Source of the DNA: a virus
Taxonomy: Duplodnaviria > Caudoviricetes
DNA: 64,000 nucleotides
IMG/VR virus record: IMGVR_UViG_2547132519_000001
Span: 32,001-96,000 of that record
Strand: one strand, 5' to 3'
The stretch's first letter is position 1. Every line of letters begins with the position of its first letter. A model generated the notes under the pieces. That model had not been told where the DNA came from. It ran no database searches and saw only the letters and a program-made list of their open reading frames with translations. Made by a program: the position numbers and the translations under genes. Shown here in pieces: positions 19,467 through 29,521 of this stretch.

Positions 19467-22214
19467 TTACATTTTTTTATTTCTGTATCTTTTAACATTA
19501 TCAGCTATTTTTCGTTTTCGATGTTTTATGTAACAATTCTCGCATCTCTCAGTATTTGTGTCTTTTATGTCTATCTCTATATATTCCCCACAATCAATAC
19601 ATTGAATAAACTTAGTTTTCTTAATCTGAATATTTTTTTCCAAATTATTTACAATGTTCTGTCCATAGCAAAACCAGAGCAGTTGCTTGTATCGTTTTTC
19701 GTGTCCATATAAATATTCCACTAACATATCTGTAATGGTATCTTCCGAATAACCTGTTTTGCAAAACCTATCCCTAATTTTGCAAGCTACATACCTTAAG
19801 TTGTCTACATACTCATCTTTCATATTTATCATATAACGATATTTTCTATTTAGTTCGTCATGTAGATTGGCAACTTCTTCACTACAAATAGTATTTACAT
19901 TACCCATTAACAAATGATAATCAATAGAACCGAGATTTAAGCCTTTTGTGTTAATAGTTTTATTGGGAATTCTATCAAAGATCTTATTAACAAAGCTCTG
20001 ATTTCTTAATTCAACCTGTTCCTTTTCTTTATCCTTAGCATACTTAAAAAAGCCAGGTAGTTTCTTTTTGGTGAATTCTTGAATCTCCTCATTTATATGT
20101 TTTGGGAATTCGGGCTTATATAGAGTTTTTGCGTAATCAATTACAAAGTTGTTTTGACAACATAGTCGTTTAACACAATCGACGGCATGTTGTTTTTCTG
20201 TTTCTGTGCCATGAATAAACACATCATCATTCCATATTTTAGAAATATTATTACTATATATGCCAATGTTGCCTCCGGTAAAGGCCGCATTGAGTCCAGA
20301 GTAAATGTTTTTGCTATTTAATTGCATGGGTTCTGCTTTACGCATATTATAGTAAAGCGGTACAACCCCATTCATATTACGTTCTGCAATTGCTATAAAG
20401 CTAGAATCTGCTACAACCAAACTTTTATCACCGTCAACATCAAACTGGAGAATTTTACTTATTAAATCGTGAACACTGGTATAAATAGCATTAGTGGTAA
20501 ACCATTCTTCAGTTTTCAATACTCGATCCCCATAACCGTCGCTCGCAACATTAAACCTTATAGCATGTTCTTTGTATAAATGTGGACTTCTTAAGCAATC
20601 CAATTTATCACTTTTTTTGAAGAGATTACAAAAAACTTCTTTGTTTGATAACAAACCATTAGGTTGCTCTATACCTTCAAACCAATATTCACATGCCGCA
20701 TAAAAATCTGGAAGTAAAAAAGTATACTTGCCAACCACCTCAAGCTTACCACTACGATATTTCTTTAAAAGACTATCTTTAACCTCACGAATCACATCTT
20801 TTGCATATGTGTCTGATAAAAGAGAAGGATATATCTTGATGGCTTTTTGAAATGGAGTCATTTTTGTGTTGTATGGAGTAACCCCCAATATATTTAACAT
20901 AGTATCTTTTGACGTACATACACTCTCTATTTTTTTAGCAGATTTTTGTACCAACGTATCTATTTCAGAATCACTTATGTTCGTTAGAGTTTGAAGCATT
21001 TGATAATTAATTTTTGCATTCTTAACTCTATCTTCTTCAACATTACAAATACCGGCTGTACAATTATATTTTTTATAAAAGGTTTTATACTCATCCCACG
21101 AATCATAATATTTTTGCATTTTAAATTGGCTTTTTGTAAAGATTACTTGTATATCTTCTTTGATTATATCGTGTTCTTTTCCATAAATATCTTTAATAGT
21201 TGAAGGGCAATGGTTAATTTCAACAAATCTTCTAAAATCAAATACCCCTAGTAAGCCTTTAACCCATGGTGCACGAAACATAAAATTCTTTTTGCTTACG
21301 CTTGGTAACATCATACCTGCACCGTCAGTATGAGGAATTGGGACATAATCTGTTTTTCTGGTAATGGAATAATCAGATTCGTCTATAAAATCAAAAGTGC
21401 CATATACATTCGTTTCAAAATCATCAATTACAATTGATTTATCAATGTCAAATTCTTCCCATAGATCTGTTGCAGAATTAGTGAGAGCCATATATGCAAG
21501 GTGTTTATTAACATTGTTTCCACCTTTGGAGTTGATTTTATCAATAGTTAATCCACACATTACAGTTTTTTCAATACGGTTCCAGATAGAATCTTTTATA
21601 AAAACTGCCTTTTTCTTACGAATCTGACCAGCCGATGAAGTAAAATACTTATATTTTTCACCTTTATATGTAAATCCATAATAAGATAGATCTTTAAATA
21701 CATCAAAATAATATACCTGTATAACCATTAGTGCATCGGTAAGCTCATCTTGCTTTATTCCAATCGTTCTGGTAAGTGCAGAATCGAAAACAGAAATCAC
21801 ATTGTTATCGGTTAAGCAATTATCCCTTATTTCTCGTATATGGTCTTTCCCATTTGTTATTTCATTTTGATAGATCTTATTAGATAGGAGAGAAAGCAAT
21901 TTTTCCTTTGATTCATTCGCTTTCTTTCTTTTATGAATTATAAGTTTATTCCATTTTACATATTCTTTTATAGTTTCCATATGTTCTGGTAATATCTCAG
22001 TTTCAACTTCTTCAGATTTGTTTGACTTTAATAATTTAATATCTTTTTTAGTATATCCATATTCGTTCAACCGTTTTTCTAAATCAGCAAGTTTATTATT
22101 TAAATAATTACGTTCTCTACGATACTTACAGTTCATATCGTGTAAATATTTCTCGTGATTACTATAAAAATGACCAGTATCGACAGAATAAATGTTACAT
22201 TGTTTATCTAGCAA
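19467..22214 (-). CDS. yonO: YonO-like single-subunit DNA-dependent RNA polymerase
   Basis: 915 aa; TDGAG, RAPWVKG, RSPH and QFDVDGD (DxDGD) motifs; C-terminal CxxC..CxxC; upstream of late genes as in SPbeta. Confidence 0.85.
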   Translation of the reverse strand: MLDKQCNIYSVDTGHFYSNHEKYLHDMNCKYRRERNYLNNKLADLEKRLNEYGYTKKDIKLLKSNKSEEVETEILPEHMETIKEYVKWNKLIIHKRKKANESKEKLLSLLSNKIYQNEITNGKDHIREIRDNCLTDNNVISVFDSALTRTIGIKQDELTDALMVIQVYYFDVFKDLSYYGFTYKGEKYKYFTSSAGQIRKKKAVFIKDSIWNRIEKTVMCGLTIDKINSKGGNNVNKHLAYMALTNSATDLWEEFDIDKSIVIDDFETNVYGTFDFIDESDYSITRKTDYVPIPHTDGAGMMLPSVSKKNFMFRAPWVKGLLGVFDFRRFVEINHCPSTIKDIYGKEHDIIKEDIQVIFTKSQFKMQKYYDSWDEYKTFYKKYNCTAGICNVEEDRVKNAKINYQMLQTLTNISDSEIDTLVQKSAKKIESVCTSKDTMLNILGVTPYNTKMTPFQKAIKIYPSLLSDTYAKDVIREVKDSLLKKYRSGKLEVVGKYTFLLPDFYAACEYWFEGIEQPNGLLSNKEVFCNLFKKSDKLDCLRSPHLYKEHAIRFNVASDGYGDRVLKTEEWFTTNAIYTSVHDLISKILQFDVDGDKSLVVADSSFIAIAERNMNGVVPLYYNMRKAEPMQLNSKNIYSGLNAAFTGGNIGIYSNNISKIWNDDVFIHGTETEKQHAVDCVKRLCCQNNFVIDYAKTLYKPEFPKHINEEIQEFTKKKLPGFFKYAKDKEKEQVELRNQSFVNKIFDRIPNKTINTKGLNLGSIDYHLLMGNVNTICSEEVANLHDELNRKYRYMINMKDEYVDNLRYVACKIRDRFCKTGYSEDTITDMLVEYLYGHEKRYKQLLWFCYGQNIVNNLEKNIQIKKTKFIQCIDCGEYIEIDIKDTNTERCENCYIKHRKRKIADNVKRYRNKKM

Positions 22215-22226
22215 TTTTTTCCTCCA

Positions 22227-22775
22227 TTAAATACCATTGCATTCCCAAAAGTCTTCCATTGAATCATATCCACAACCAACTATGCAATCACAAAACATCT
22301 CGTAACCGCAAGCGGCATCATTTGCTTTATTTAAACATTCATCGTGATTATCGCAATGTCTGCAAGATGGAATTTTGTCACAATTTTCTTCTGCAAACTT
22401 ACAAGTAGTCCAATTTTTTATAAAATCATCTATGTCGCTTATTTCTTCGTCTTCTGATTCAGTAATCTCTAATCCCTTTTCAAAACAATTAAGCTCGTAT
22501 TCATACCTGTCTATGTATTTCTTGAAGAACCCATCAGTTAGGAGATCCGTTACATATTTTGCCATATCTCGCTTAATAGACTTCATATCAGATTCCATTA
22601 TAACGTTAGCTGCTTCTTCAATCAGGTCCCATTTCTCAACTGTATTATCGCGCAGTCGGAGAGTAGTATAATATTTTTTCTTCTCTTTATCCCACCTTGC
22701 CATAGCGATAACTGTATACCCGTTCTGTAAATCTATTGAAATTATTACGTTTGCCTCCGTTACATATCTAAGCAT
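22227..22775 (-). CDS. Hypothetical protein, Cys-rich C-terminus
   Basis: ORF track; GGAGGTG SD. Confidence 0.65.
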   Translation of the reverse strand: MLRYVTEANVIISIDLQNGYTVIAMARWDKEKKKYYTTLRLRDNTVEKWDLIEEAANVIMESDMKSIKRDMAKYVTDLLTDGFFKKYIDRYEYELNCFEKGLEITESEDEEISDIDDFIKNWTTCKFAEENCDKIPSCRHCDNHDECLNKANDAACGYEMFCDCIVGCGYDSMEDFWECNGI

Positions 22776-22977
22776 TTATTTCACCTCCATTTTTTAGTCT
22801 ATCTCTATTTTCATAATTTTTAATACACTGTATATCAAATTTCATATCAGAAATAATCCGTCCTGCAATATCACTCATTGTTGAGAAACCTCGATACTCT
22901 GTATTAAAGCTTTCTACATTAATAACACCTCCATATGTTCTGTGATTTCTGTTTGTATATGTATTTGTTCCTGTCAT
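22768..22977 (-). CDS. Hypothetical protein
   Basis: ORF track; AAGGAG SD. Confidence 0.65.
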   Translation of the reverse strand: MTGTNTYTNRNHRTYGGVINVESFNTEYRGFSTMSDIAGRIISDMKFDIQCIKNYENRDRLKNGGEINA

Positions 22978-23088
22978 GTAATTTGTAATTCTCCTTTTAT
23001 ATTTAGTTTTTTGTTATTGTTTCTTTCATCATTGACCGCCTTTCTGGTGATCAGTGATTGATATAACTATGATTGGTTATTCTCTGTT

Positions 23089-24045
23089 TCATGTACTTAT
23101 AAAGTCGTATTTCTCAAAAACATTTACATCTCGTATTTTTTCTAAATAATCGTCGTAACCATCTTTTTCATATAACATTTCATATTTCTTATTCTCTGAA
23201 ACTACATAGTCATATATGGTTTTAATCTCATGCTTTGAATATTTTTTGTCGTTTCCTTTTAATAATTGGACATACATTTGAGCTAGGCGACGATTATTAT
23301 TAACCGTATTGATGTTCCTTTTAACATATTTATAAGACTCTTTGTATTTTTGGCCTTGTAATACGAAACTATCTATGTATTCTCTATCGCACGGTCTACC
23401 ATACGCATTTGATAGTTGACGTATTTTTTTATCATCGGTAATCACAAAATCATTTTGCCTATTGACATAGAGGAGTCCGATGTCTTCAAGAATTTTGTTA
23501 TACTCGACTATAGATCGTTCTGATATTCCTGATATTTGTGATATGTAGTCAATCGTGAAATTTCCAACGACATGATTCTTCGATATATACGGGTCTAGCC
23601 AAACCTCAATTTTTGAGCTGATTGTACTTATGATAAATATGAAATATTTTAATAGAAGAAAGTTATTGGTATTTTCAACATGAAATATTTTACGCACTTC
23701 ATCAAAGGTGATCATTGTATACTTTGAATTTTTAAATTCAATCCAAAGTGGAGAGCAGTCTAATATGTAACACTTGTTTATTTCTCCTATTTGACTAACA
23801 ATTGATTCTTTAATTAGCTCGTCTAATCCACACCTTATAAAATTCACTTTATATTTGGTTGGCTTAACATCTTCAAACAGGTAATAGTAAATTTGTTGCG
23901 GCGTTATACAATGTTTCTTAAATGTAGGTGAGTTTAGTGCTTGCAAAGCACAATAGACTCCTATCGCATAATTGGATATAGCTGGTGAGTTAGAAATATA
24001 GTCCGGTATGAACAGATATTTATCTTTATTGTCATCTTGGTTCAA
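23089..24045 (-). CDS. Winged-HTH protein, replication-initiator-like
   Basis: TIDYISQISGISERSIVEYNKILEDIGLL wHTH; inverted repeat upstream. Confidence 0.55.
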   Translation of the reverse strand: MNQDDNKDKYLFIPDYISNSPAISNYAIGVYCALQALNSPTFKKHCITPQQIYYYLFEDVKPTKYKVNFIRCGLDELIKESIVSQIGEINKCYILDCSPLWIEFKNSKYTMITFDEVRKIFHVENTNNFLLLKYFIFIISTISSKIEVWLDPYISKNHVVGNFTIDYISQISGISERSIVEYNKILEDIGLLYVNRQNDFVITDDKKIRQLSNAYGRPCDREYIDSFVLQGQKYKESYKYVKRNINTVNNNRRLAQMYVQLLKGNDKKYSKHEIKTIYDYVVSENKKYEMLYEKDGYDDYLEKIRDVNVFEKYDFIST

Positions 24046-24305
24046 AATGGGATAGAAACTCCTTTCTCCTTATAAAATAAGGATTTAAACTTATCAGGGT
24101 GCAAAAAACAGTCAATTTTGAAAATCTAAGTCCATAGACGTTTGAAAAAAAATTAGCCAAAAGTGACCGAAATTTGCAGTGTATTAATTAGTTACTGAAT
24201 ATTAATTAGTAAATGATTATAAGGCGTCTCTCTATTTAGATTGTTTGGAGAGTGGAATTTAGGTACATGGTTATATTCTCTGTTTAAATATTTCTTCTCT
24301 CTGTA

Positions 24306-24512
24306 TTAGATATTACTGTAATTCTGTAATCCAGTTTTAGTGGAATATACAATTGATCCATCTTTAGTGTATGTAACTCTATCAATGTGGTAATCAAAGC
24401 AATGGTCATAGAATGTGTCACCTGGCTTTGGAGTTGTGTACTTTGGTAAGTTGAGATTAGATGATTGATAATGATATTGCTGTTGTGGCAGCTCTCTAGT
24501 GTAAATCATCAA
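24306..24512 (-). CDS. Hypothetical protein
   Basis: ORF track; AAGGAGG SD. Confidence 0.55.
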   Translation of the reverse strand: MMIYTRELPQQQYHYQSSNLNLPKYTTPKPGDTFYDHCFDYHIDRVTYTKDGSIVYSTKTGLQNYSNI

Positions 24513-25402
24513 AATGGTTGTCCTCCTTATAGATATTTTTTTGATTGAGTGTCTAATACTTAGTTCTCTTATGAAAATATAAATCTTTACAAATTTAACA
24601 AAGATACTACCGCCTTACACAATCGTTCCGATTGTTTCAGTTGCTTGGCTTCCATGCTACGCATGTCATCCAGGAATGTTGTTTCTATTGAAAAAACTAA
24701 TAATATATCTCTAGATTAATGGTGAGGCTTGTAGTGCAATATGTATTTATCTATTTAAATGTAAAAGTATGCCCCTCTGTAGTCGTAAGCTTATGTGCTT
24801 CTATAGGTAAGAATTGAAGATTTAGAATTGAATTTTAGCCAATAAAAAATAGGCATGATGATCTATGCCTACATATTAAGGAATGTTCGGTTTGTTTAAA
24901 GTGAGGATAAGGAAAAGTAGATAATCTGACAAATCGGTACTATTTAAAAATGAATTATTATTGAGCTGTATGTTACCACTTCGAGAGAGTGGTATTTTTT
25001 GTGCTGCTAAATATGGGATTCATATTGATTTACTTGAGATATGTGTAATTTGTGTAAATAGGAGATGGGTGATCAGAGATGGTGATTCAGCCAAAATTGA
25101 GCTGAATTCGGGAAAGGCTTGGATTTATAGGGGATTTCTAAGATTTGCGTGATGATATTTATAGATTTGAGAATAATATAAATTATCTGATAATTATTTT
25201 GCATTATATTATAGAGAGAATCGGGATTTTGCTCGAAGTGTGCACCGAAGTGTTTTGATGAATTGTGTGTGTAAAAAATACAATTGTAATGTAAATTTTA
25301 ACATAATGTGTGGATGGAACTGATAGGGGGATAATCGAAAATGAAAACCATTTTCAAAATGTAAACCTACCCCCTATAGCTAAAATGTGCTGTAAATTAA
25401 GG

Positions 25403-25435
25403 TTTAATTGGTTAATGTACAATTAACCAATTAAA
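25403..25435. repeat. Perfect 14-bp inverted repeat with 5-bp spacer
   Basis: TTTAATTGGTTAAT-GTACA-ATTAACCAATTAAA. Confidence 0.85.
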
Positions 25436-25622
25436 TTATGAATCAGCCTAGGACGTGAATGGACGTGACTGTGTCATCGTATACGTTGTGGTAACAAGTG
25501 ATAGTTGTATTGCGTACACAATTGATATGTTCGATTTTCATCAAGTAATCACTTAACGAAAATATATAATATACGATACGTTCAGTATTGATATTTATAT
25601 TACAAAACTATTCTTATTCACA

Positions 25623-25832
25623 TCAATAAAATGTCTTGTGCGTATCTCTGGTCACAATTTGTAAATCACAGTCAAGTAAATCCATCCACTCTATAAAATC
25701 AGCTAAGCTATAAGTCCCACGATTAATCTTGTTTCTAAGTGATTGTGGTTGTATATTCAACTTTGCGGCTAGACCATTAATGTCCATGTTTCTTTCCTCA
25801 AAGACTTGTTTTAATACTTTCTTTGCGTCCAT
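25623..25832 (-). CDS. Cro/CI-type HTH regulator
   Basis: INGLAAKLNIQPQSLRNKINRG HTH; AGGAG SD. Confidence 0.8.
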   Translation of the reverse strand: MDAKKVLKQVFEERNMDINGLAAKLNIQPQSLRNKINRGTYSLADFIEWMDLLDCDLQIVTRDTHKTFY

Positions 25833-25882
25833 AACGATCACTCCTTTTAAATATAATATTATTCTATCAGTGCGATATTGTC

Positions 25883-25988
25883 AAATCAATTATGATTCGT
25901 ACATACTCAAAAACATGATGAAATAAATCGCAAAAGATTTAAAATAAATCAAAAATGTGTTGACGGCAACTCGAAAATGAGTTATAAT
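25883..25988 (+). promoter_or_regulatory. Sigma-A promoter with phased operator array
   Basis: TTGACG(25960)-17-TATAAT(25983); AAMTC-N6-GAKTY boxes at 25883, 25925, 25946, 25968. Confidence 0.75.
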
Positions 25989-26055
25989 AAGATATAAGAT
26001 AAAGGTAAGGAAACAAACCAATATCTTAAATCATAGGAAAGGAGAAACCTACATA

Positions 26056-26199
26056 ATGGGTAAGGGTAACAAAAAGCTCAAACTCAAAAGCGATAAGGTT
26101 AAACTACTAATAGCATATGCAAGCGTTGTTACAGCAACGGCAAGCCTACTAAAAGTAATATTCGACTTTATCATACAGCTAATGAGTTTGAGACACTAG
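26056..26199 (+). CDS. Small membrane peptide (47 aa), candidate type I toxin
   Basis: GAAAGGAG SD; MGKGNKKLKLKSDKVKLLIAYASVVTATASLLKVIFDFIIQLMSLRH. Confidence 0.6.
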   Translation: MGKGNKKLKLKSDKVKLLIAYASVVTATASLLKVIFDFIIQLMSLRH

Positions 26200-26258
26200 A
26201 CTCCTTTGTGGTTTGTGGGATAATTACCCACCGCCACATCTCCATTATAAAACATGAT

Positions 26259-26384
26259 ATGAAAAAAGTAAACCTAGTATTCATTGTATCGTCAATCATT
26301 TTTTTACTAATTTCACAAAGTATTGTTTCTCTCTTTCTTTTCACCATGAGCCTATCAAATTGGTTTGTGGGAAGCAAAGAGTAA
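26259..26384 (+). CDS. Small hydrophobic peptide (41 aa)
   Basis: MKKVNLVFIVSSIIFLLISQSIVSLFLFTMSLSNWFVGSKE; no clear SD. Confidence 0.35.
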   Translation: MKKVNLVFIVSSIIFLLISQSIVSLFLFTMSLSNWFVGSKE

Positions 26385-26385
26385 A

Positions 26386-26456
26386 CAAAAAAAGGTGCGC
26401 GTCTACGAAACGCACACCTGCAAAGGAAAACACATAGATATGTGTCTCACTCCAAC
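26386..26456 (-). ncRNA. Candidate ~70-nt antisense sRNA
   Basis: Minus-strand TTGACA(26491-86)-17-TAATCT with TG extension; hairpin AGGTGTGCGT/ACGCGCACCT followed by T7. Confidence 0.5.
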
Positions 26457-27195
26457 AAGTTGAGATTAACACATTTCTAGCATTCTGTCAATTCTGACAG
26501 AGAGTTTTCCCAAATAAATAGAGAATTACAATTTAGTAGCATCATTACCGATTGACAAAGCTACAAGCAGTCGACCGCTTATCTATAACATTTCTTAGAT
26601 AGAACCCAATTTATGAATCGTCTGGCTGATGTGGCACAGATAGGCCGAAAGGCTATAAGGAACATTGAAAATAGGATAAATCCGCAACGTATGAAATATG
26701 TACACGCTATACCTCAAAGGATAGCAGGAAGAAACCAGAAGACGTTAGGCAGGATGAAACAAACCGCTAAAAGACTATAGGCAAGACGGAAGCAACTACC
26801 TATAGAGGCAGAAACAAAGCGGTATATAAATAAATAAGCGATAATATAGAATCAAAGCCGTAAGGCTTAATTATAGAATTGCAGTCAATAGCAAATAAAA
26901 AAAGAATGTGATGTAAGCGAAAAGTAATACATTTTTATCAGTTTTACAATGCAAACGAAAATACACCATTGCAGTATATAGCAAAAGGGTTTTGATGAAG
27001 TCGGGCAAAAGTGAAAAGCTTGTACCTGATTAGCAAGTAGTAGACAGAATCAAAATAGATATGCTTTCCCTGTCTGTAATACCGTATAGAAGCAAGTTGT
27101 TTAAGTAGTACGTAAGTATGAAATAACAGCTTGCTTTCTCGTTTGTATGAATATCTGATAAAGATAATAAATTAATGTAGGAGGATATAAACAAT

Positions 27196-28089
27196 ATGAT
27201 AAAAGAAACTGATCTATTAGAAAACAAAGAGTACAGAGAAAGACTAGTCGTTAAAGTGGAAGTTTTGGAGAAGGTAAAGAAGTTGCTTCTTATTCCAGGC
27301 ACAGAATTGGCAACAGTCAGACAAGTGGCAAATTATTACGAGGTAGGAGAGGAGGCAATAAAATCATTAGTATATAGAAGTCGTGATGAATTAGAAAAAG
27401 ATGGTATTTCATCAATGACAGGCAAGGAAACCAAAGGCTTTTTAGAAAGTTGCAACTTGCAACCTTCTAACTTTCGCGGTGGGTTTGAAGCGGACGGTAT
27501 GCGTTTTAGTAACAGAGGCAACACTTTATTCCCTCGTCGAGCTATCCTTCGTATAGGTATGCTGCTTAGAGATTCAGAGATTGCAAAGGAAATCCGCACA
27601 CAGCTTCTTAATATAGAAGAAAAGGCAACACCGGAAGTCAAAACGGCAGATATTACAGAGGAGCAGACTCTTGCGCTTTCCGTTGGTATGGCCTATGCAA
27701 GCGGTGATCCTACGGCTATTATGATTGCAACCACTAAAATGATGGACTATAAAAACCGTCATATCGCCAAATTAGAAGAGTCAAAGAAGGCCCTTGCTAA
27801 TGGTATTCTGGAATGGGAAGATAGAAGCCGTATTAATTTTGCAGTCCGTAAGATGGCTATTTTTGCTAGAATCACAACGGGTCAGGCGTGGAACGAACTG
27901 TACAAACAGCTGAAAAATAAGTATCATATTGATTTACCGAGTAGAGGTAAAAAGCCCTGGGTACAACATGTAACTGAAAAAGAATGGCAATGCGTTGTCA
28001 AAGCATTCTCTGCACTATGTGAATATTATGAGTTGGAACCAAGCGAAATGTTTCACGATTTAAAAATTTTCGAGGAAGTAGAAGCTTAA
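27196..28089 (+). CDS. Phage antirepressor-like DNA-binding protein
   Basis: ATVRQVANYYEV and FPRRAILRIGMLLRDSEIAKEIRTQLL motifs. Confidence 0.65.
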   Translation: MIKETDLLENKEYRERLVVKVEVLEKVKKLLLIPGTELATVRQVANYYEVGEEAIKSLVYRSRDELEKDGISSMTGKETKGFLESCNLQPSNFRGGFEADGMRFSNRGNTLFPRRAILRIGMLLRDSEIAKEIRTQLLNIEEKATPEVKTADITEEQTLALSVGMAYASGDPTAIMIATTKMMDYKNRHIAKLEESKKALANGILEWEDRSRINFAVRKMAIFARITTGQAWNELYKQLKNKYHIDLPSRGKKPWVQHVTEKEWQCVVKAFSALCEYYELEPSEMFHDLKIFEEVEA

Positions 28090-28093
28090 AATT

Positions 28094-28129
28094 AGGACTT
28101 ATAGCGGTCAAATGTTATGAGTCCTTTTT
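28094..28129 (+). terminator. Rho-independent terminator
   Basis: AGGACTTATAGC...GTTATGAGTCCT followed by T run. Confidence 0.65.
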
Positions 28130-28154
28130 GATACCATAAAATAGGGAGGTTTTC

Positions 28155-28322
28155 ATGAAAAGGAAACTATTAATTATAGCACTTGTCATAAGTGCTTTTT
28201 TATTTGGACGTTTTGGTAACATGAACACCATAGACATGAATAGAGTAACAAATATCCAAGGAGACGCAAAAGGCGCACAGATCACTCTTGTAGACGGGTC
28301 TGGCTACTATTGGGAAAGGTAG
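28155..28322 (+). CDS. Small secreted/membrane protein (55 aa)
   Basis: GGGAGG SD; MKRKLLIIALVISAFLFG... Confidence 0.6.
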   Translation: MKRKLLIIALVISAFLFGRFGNMNTIDMNRVTNIQGDAKGAQITLVDGSGYYWER

Positions 28323-28332
28323 GGGAATTACA

Positions 28333-28635
28333 ATGAGTAAAGTATATTTAGACAATGGATTATATGTGAAGACACCTAGCAATCTTATTTATAAAACCGA
28401 ATCAATCGAAATGTACGACTCCACATCATATCTCACAATCAACTTAATATTAGTTGCAGGATACAACTATATTAATACAGATGAAAATGATATTCAAGGA
28501 TATGTTTCAGCGAGCAATTTCGTTGACGGCGTTCAAGACGAAACTGTCGTTCAATACTTCATGGTGGAGAGTATGAAACAGTGTTTAATTGATAATGGAT
28601 ATGAAATACTAGACACTTTGCCAATGATTCATTAA
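28333..28635 (+). CDS. Hypothetical protein
   Basis: ORF track, SD. Confidence 0.65.
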   Translation: MSKVYLDNGLYVKTPSNLIYKTESIEMYDSTSYLTINLILVAGYNYINTDENDIQGYVSASNFVDGVQDETVVQYFMVESMKQCLIDNGYEILDTLPMIH

Positions 28636-28669
28636 AGATAAAATATCCATTTCATAGGGAGGTAGAAAG

Positions 28670-28840
28670 ATGAAACCAGTTGATTATTTAATTACAGATT
28701 TACAGAGAATGAAAGATAAAAGAGAAAATATCTGTAAGGAACTTGGAAACGGATATGACTGGCAGTTGGTAGAAAGCTTAATTGCTATTGAGAACAAGAT
28801 TAAGCAGACCGCAGATAGAATTGCAGAAATGATGAATTAA
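28670..28840 (+). CDS. Hypothetical protein (56 aa)
   Basis: GGGAGG SD; MKPVDYLITDLQRMK... Confidence 0.6.
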   Translation: MKPVDYLITDLQRMKDKRENICKELGNGYDWQLVESLIAIENKIKQTADRIAEMMN

Positions 28841-28887
28841 CTAAAACAGAATACAATCAATCGATTATTTTATGAGGAGAAAACAAT

Positions 28888-29271
28888 ATGCTGCAAGAAT
28901 TGAAAATTGGAAAATGTATCGTCAATTCTGATGGAGATATTATTGAACTAGAACGCGAGTTTTACGGTCAAGGAATGATTTTTAAGGATGAACACGCATT
29001 TCGATACGAAGAAAAGATCCCGTGTTATGTGCCAGAATTATCTGACACAGTGTATACAAGGGAGGATTTTCTACGAATGTGTAATAATCAAGAAGATATA
29101 GCAAATGTGTTATTTGAATCCGTTGACTGGCAACACCCGGAAACATATTTAGATGAACAGTTTAAAGAAGAAGAAATGAACATTTGTAAGACTTGCGGAA
29201 AAATATTTCTTAGTTCTGAGGTTGAGAATTGCCCATATTGTGGAATTCTGGTGGCAGAAGAAATCTCATAA
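28888..29271 (+). CDS. Hypothetical protein with C-terminal zinc ribbon
   Basis: CKTCG...CPYCG. Confidence 0.7.
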   Translation: MLQELKIGKCIVNSDGDIIELEREFYGQGMIFKDEHAFRYEEKIPCYVPELSDTVYTREDFLRMCNNQEDIANVLFESVDWQHPETYLDEQFKEEEMNICKTCGKIFLSSEVENCPYCGILVAEEIS

Positions 29272-29308
29272 AATTATTCTTTCTTTTGAAAATTTGGAGG
29301 TAATCAAA

Positions 29309-29521
29309 ATGGTTAAATTAACAAGAACAGAATTAACATGGATTATTGGCGAAATAGATAAAAGTGTATCAAGTATTACAAATGACCTAAGTCGCTTTCA
29401 AAAAATGAGCACCATAGAAAAAGGCTTATTAGAACTTAAATGCGAAAATTTGACTACTATTTCAAATAAGCTACAAAAAGTGCTTAATGAAAAAGGCAAG
29501 CGAATTGCTATAGAACAGTAG
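29309..29521 (+). CDS. Hypothetical protein
   Basis: Start reassigned to MVKLT using GGAGG SD. Confidence 0.65.
   Translation: MVKLTRTELTWIIGEIDKSVSSITNDLSRFQKMSTIEKGLLELKCENLTTISNKLQKVLNEKGKRIAIEQ

Noticed and set aside
19467-22214. Eukaryote-type RNA-dependent RNA polymerase
   Set aside because: The DxDGD double-psi-barrel motif is shared, but SPbeta-like synteny points to a YonO-type DNA-dependent enzyme
24961-25152. 63-aa plus-strand ORF
   Set aside because: No SD and atypical composition, inside a non-coding tract
26625-26655. Hammerhead-like CTGATGT-GGC...GCC-GAAA
   Set aside because: The core has T where the conserved A is expected, and I could not build stems I/III with a UH cleavage site
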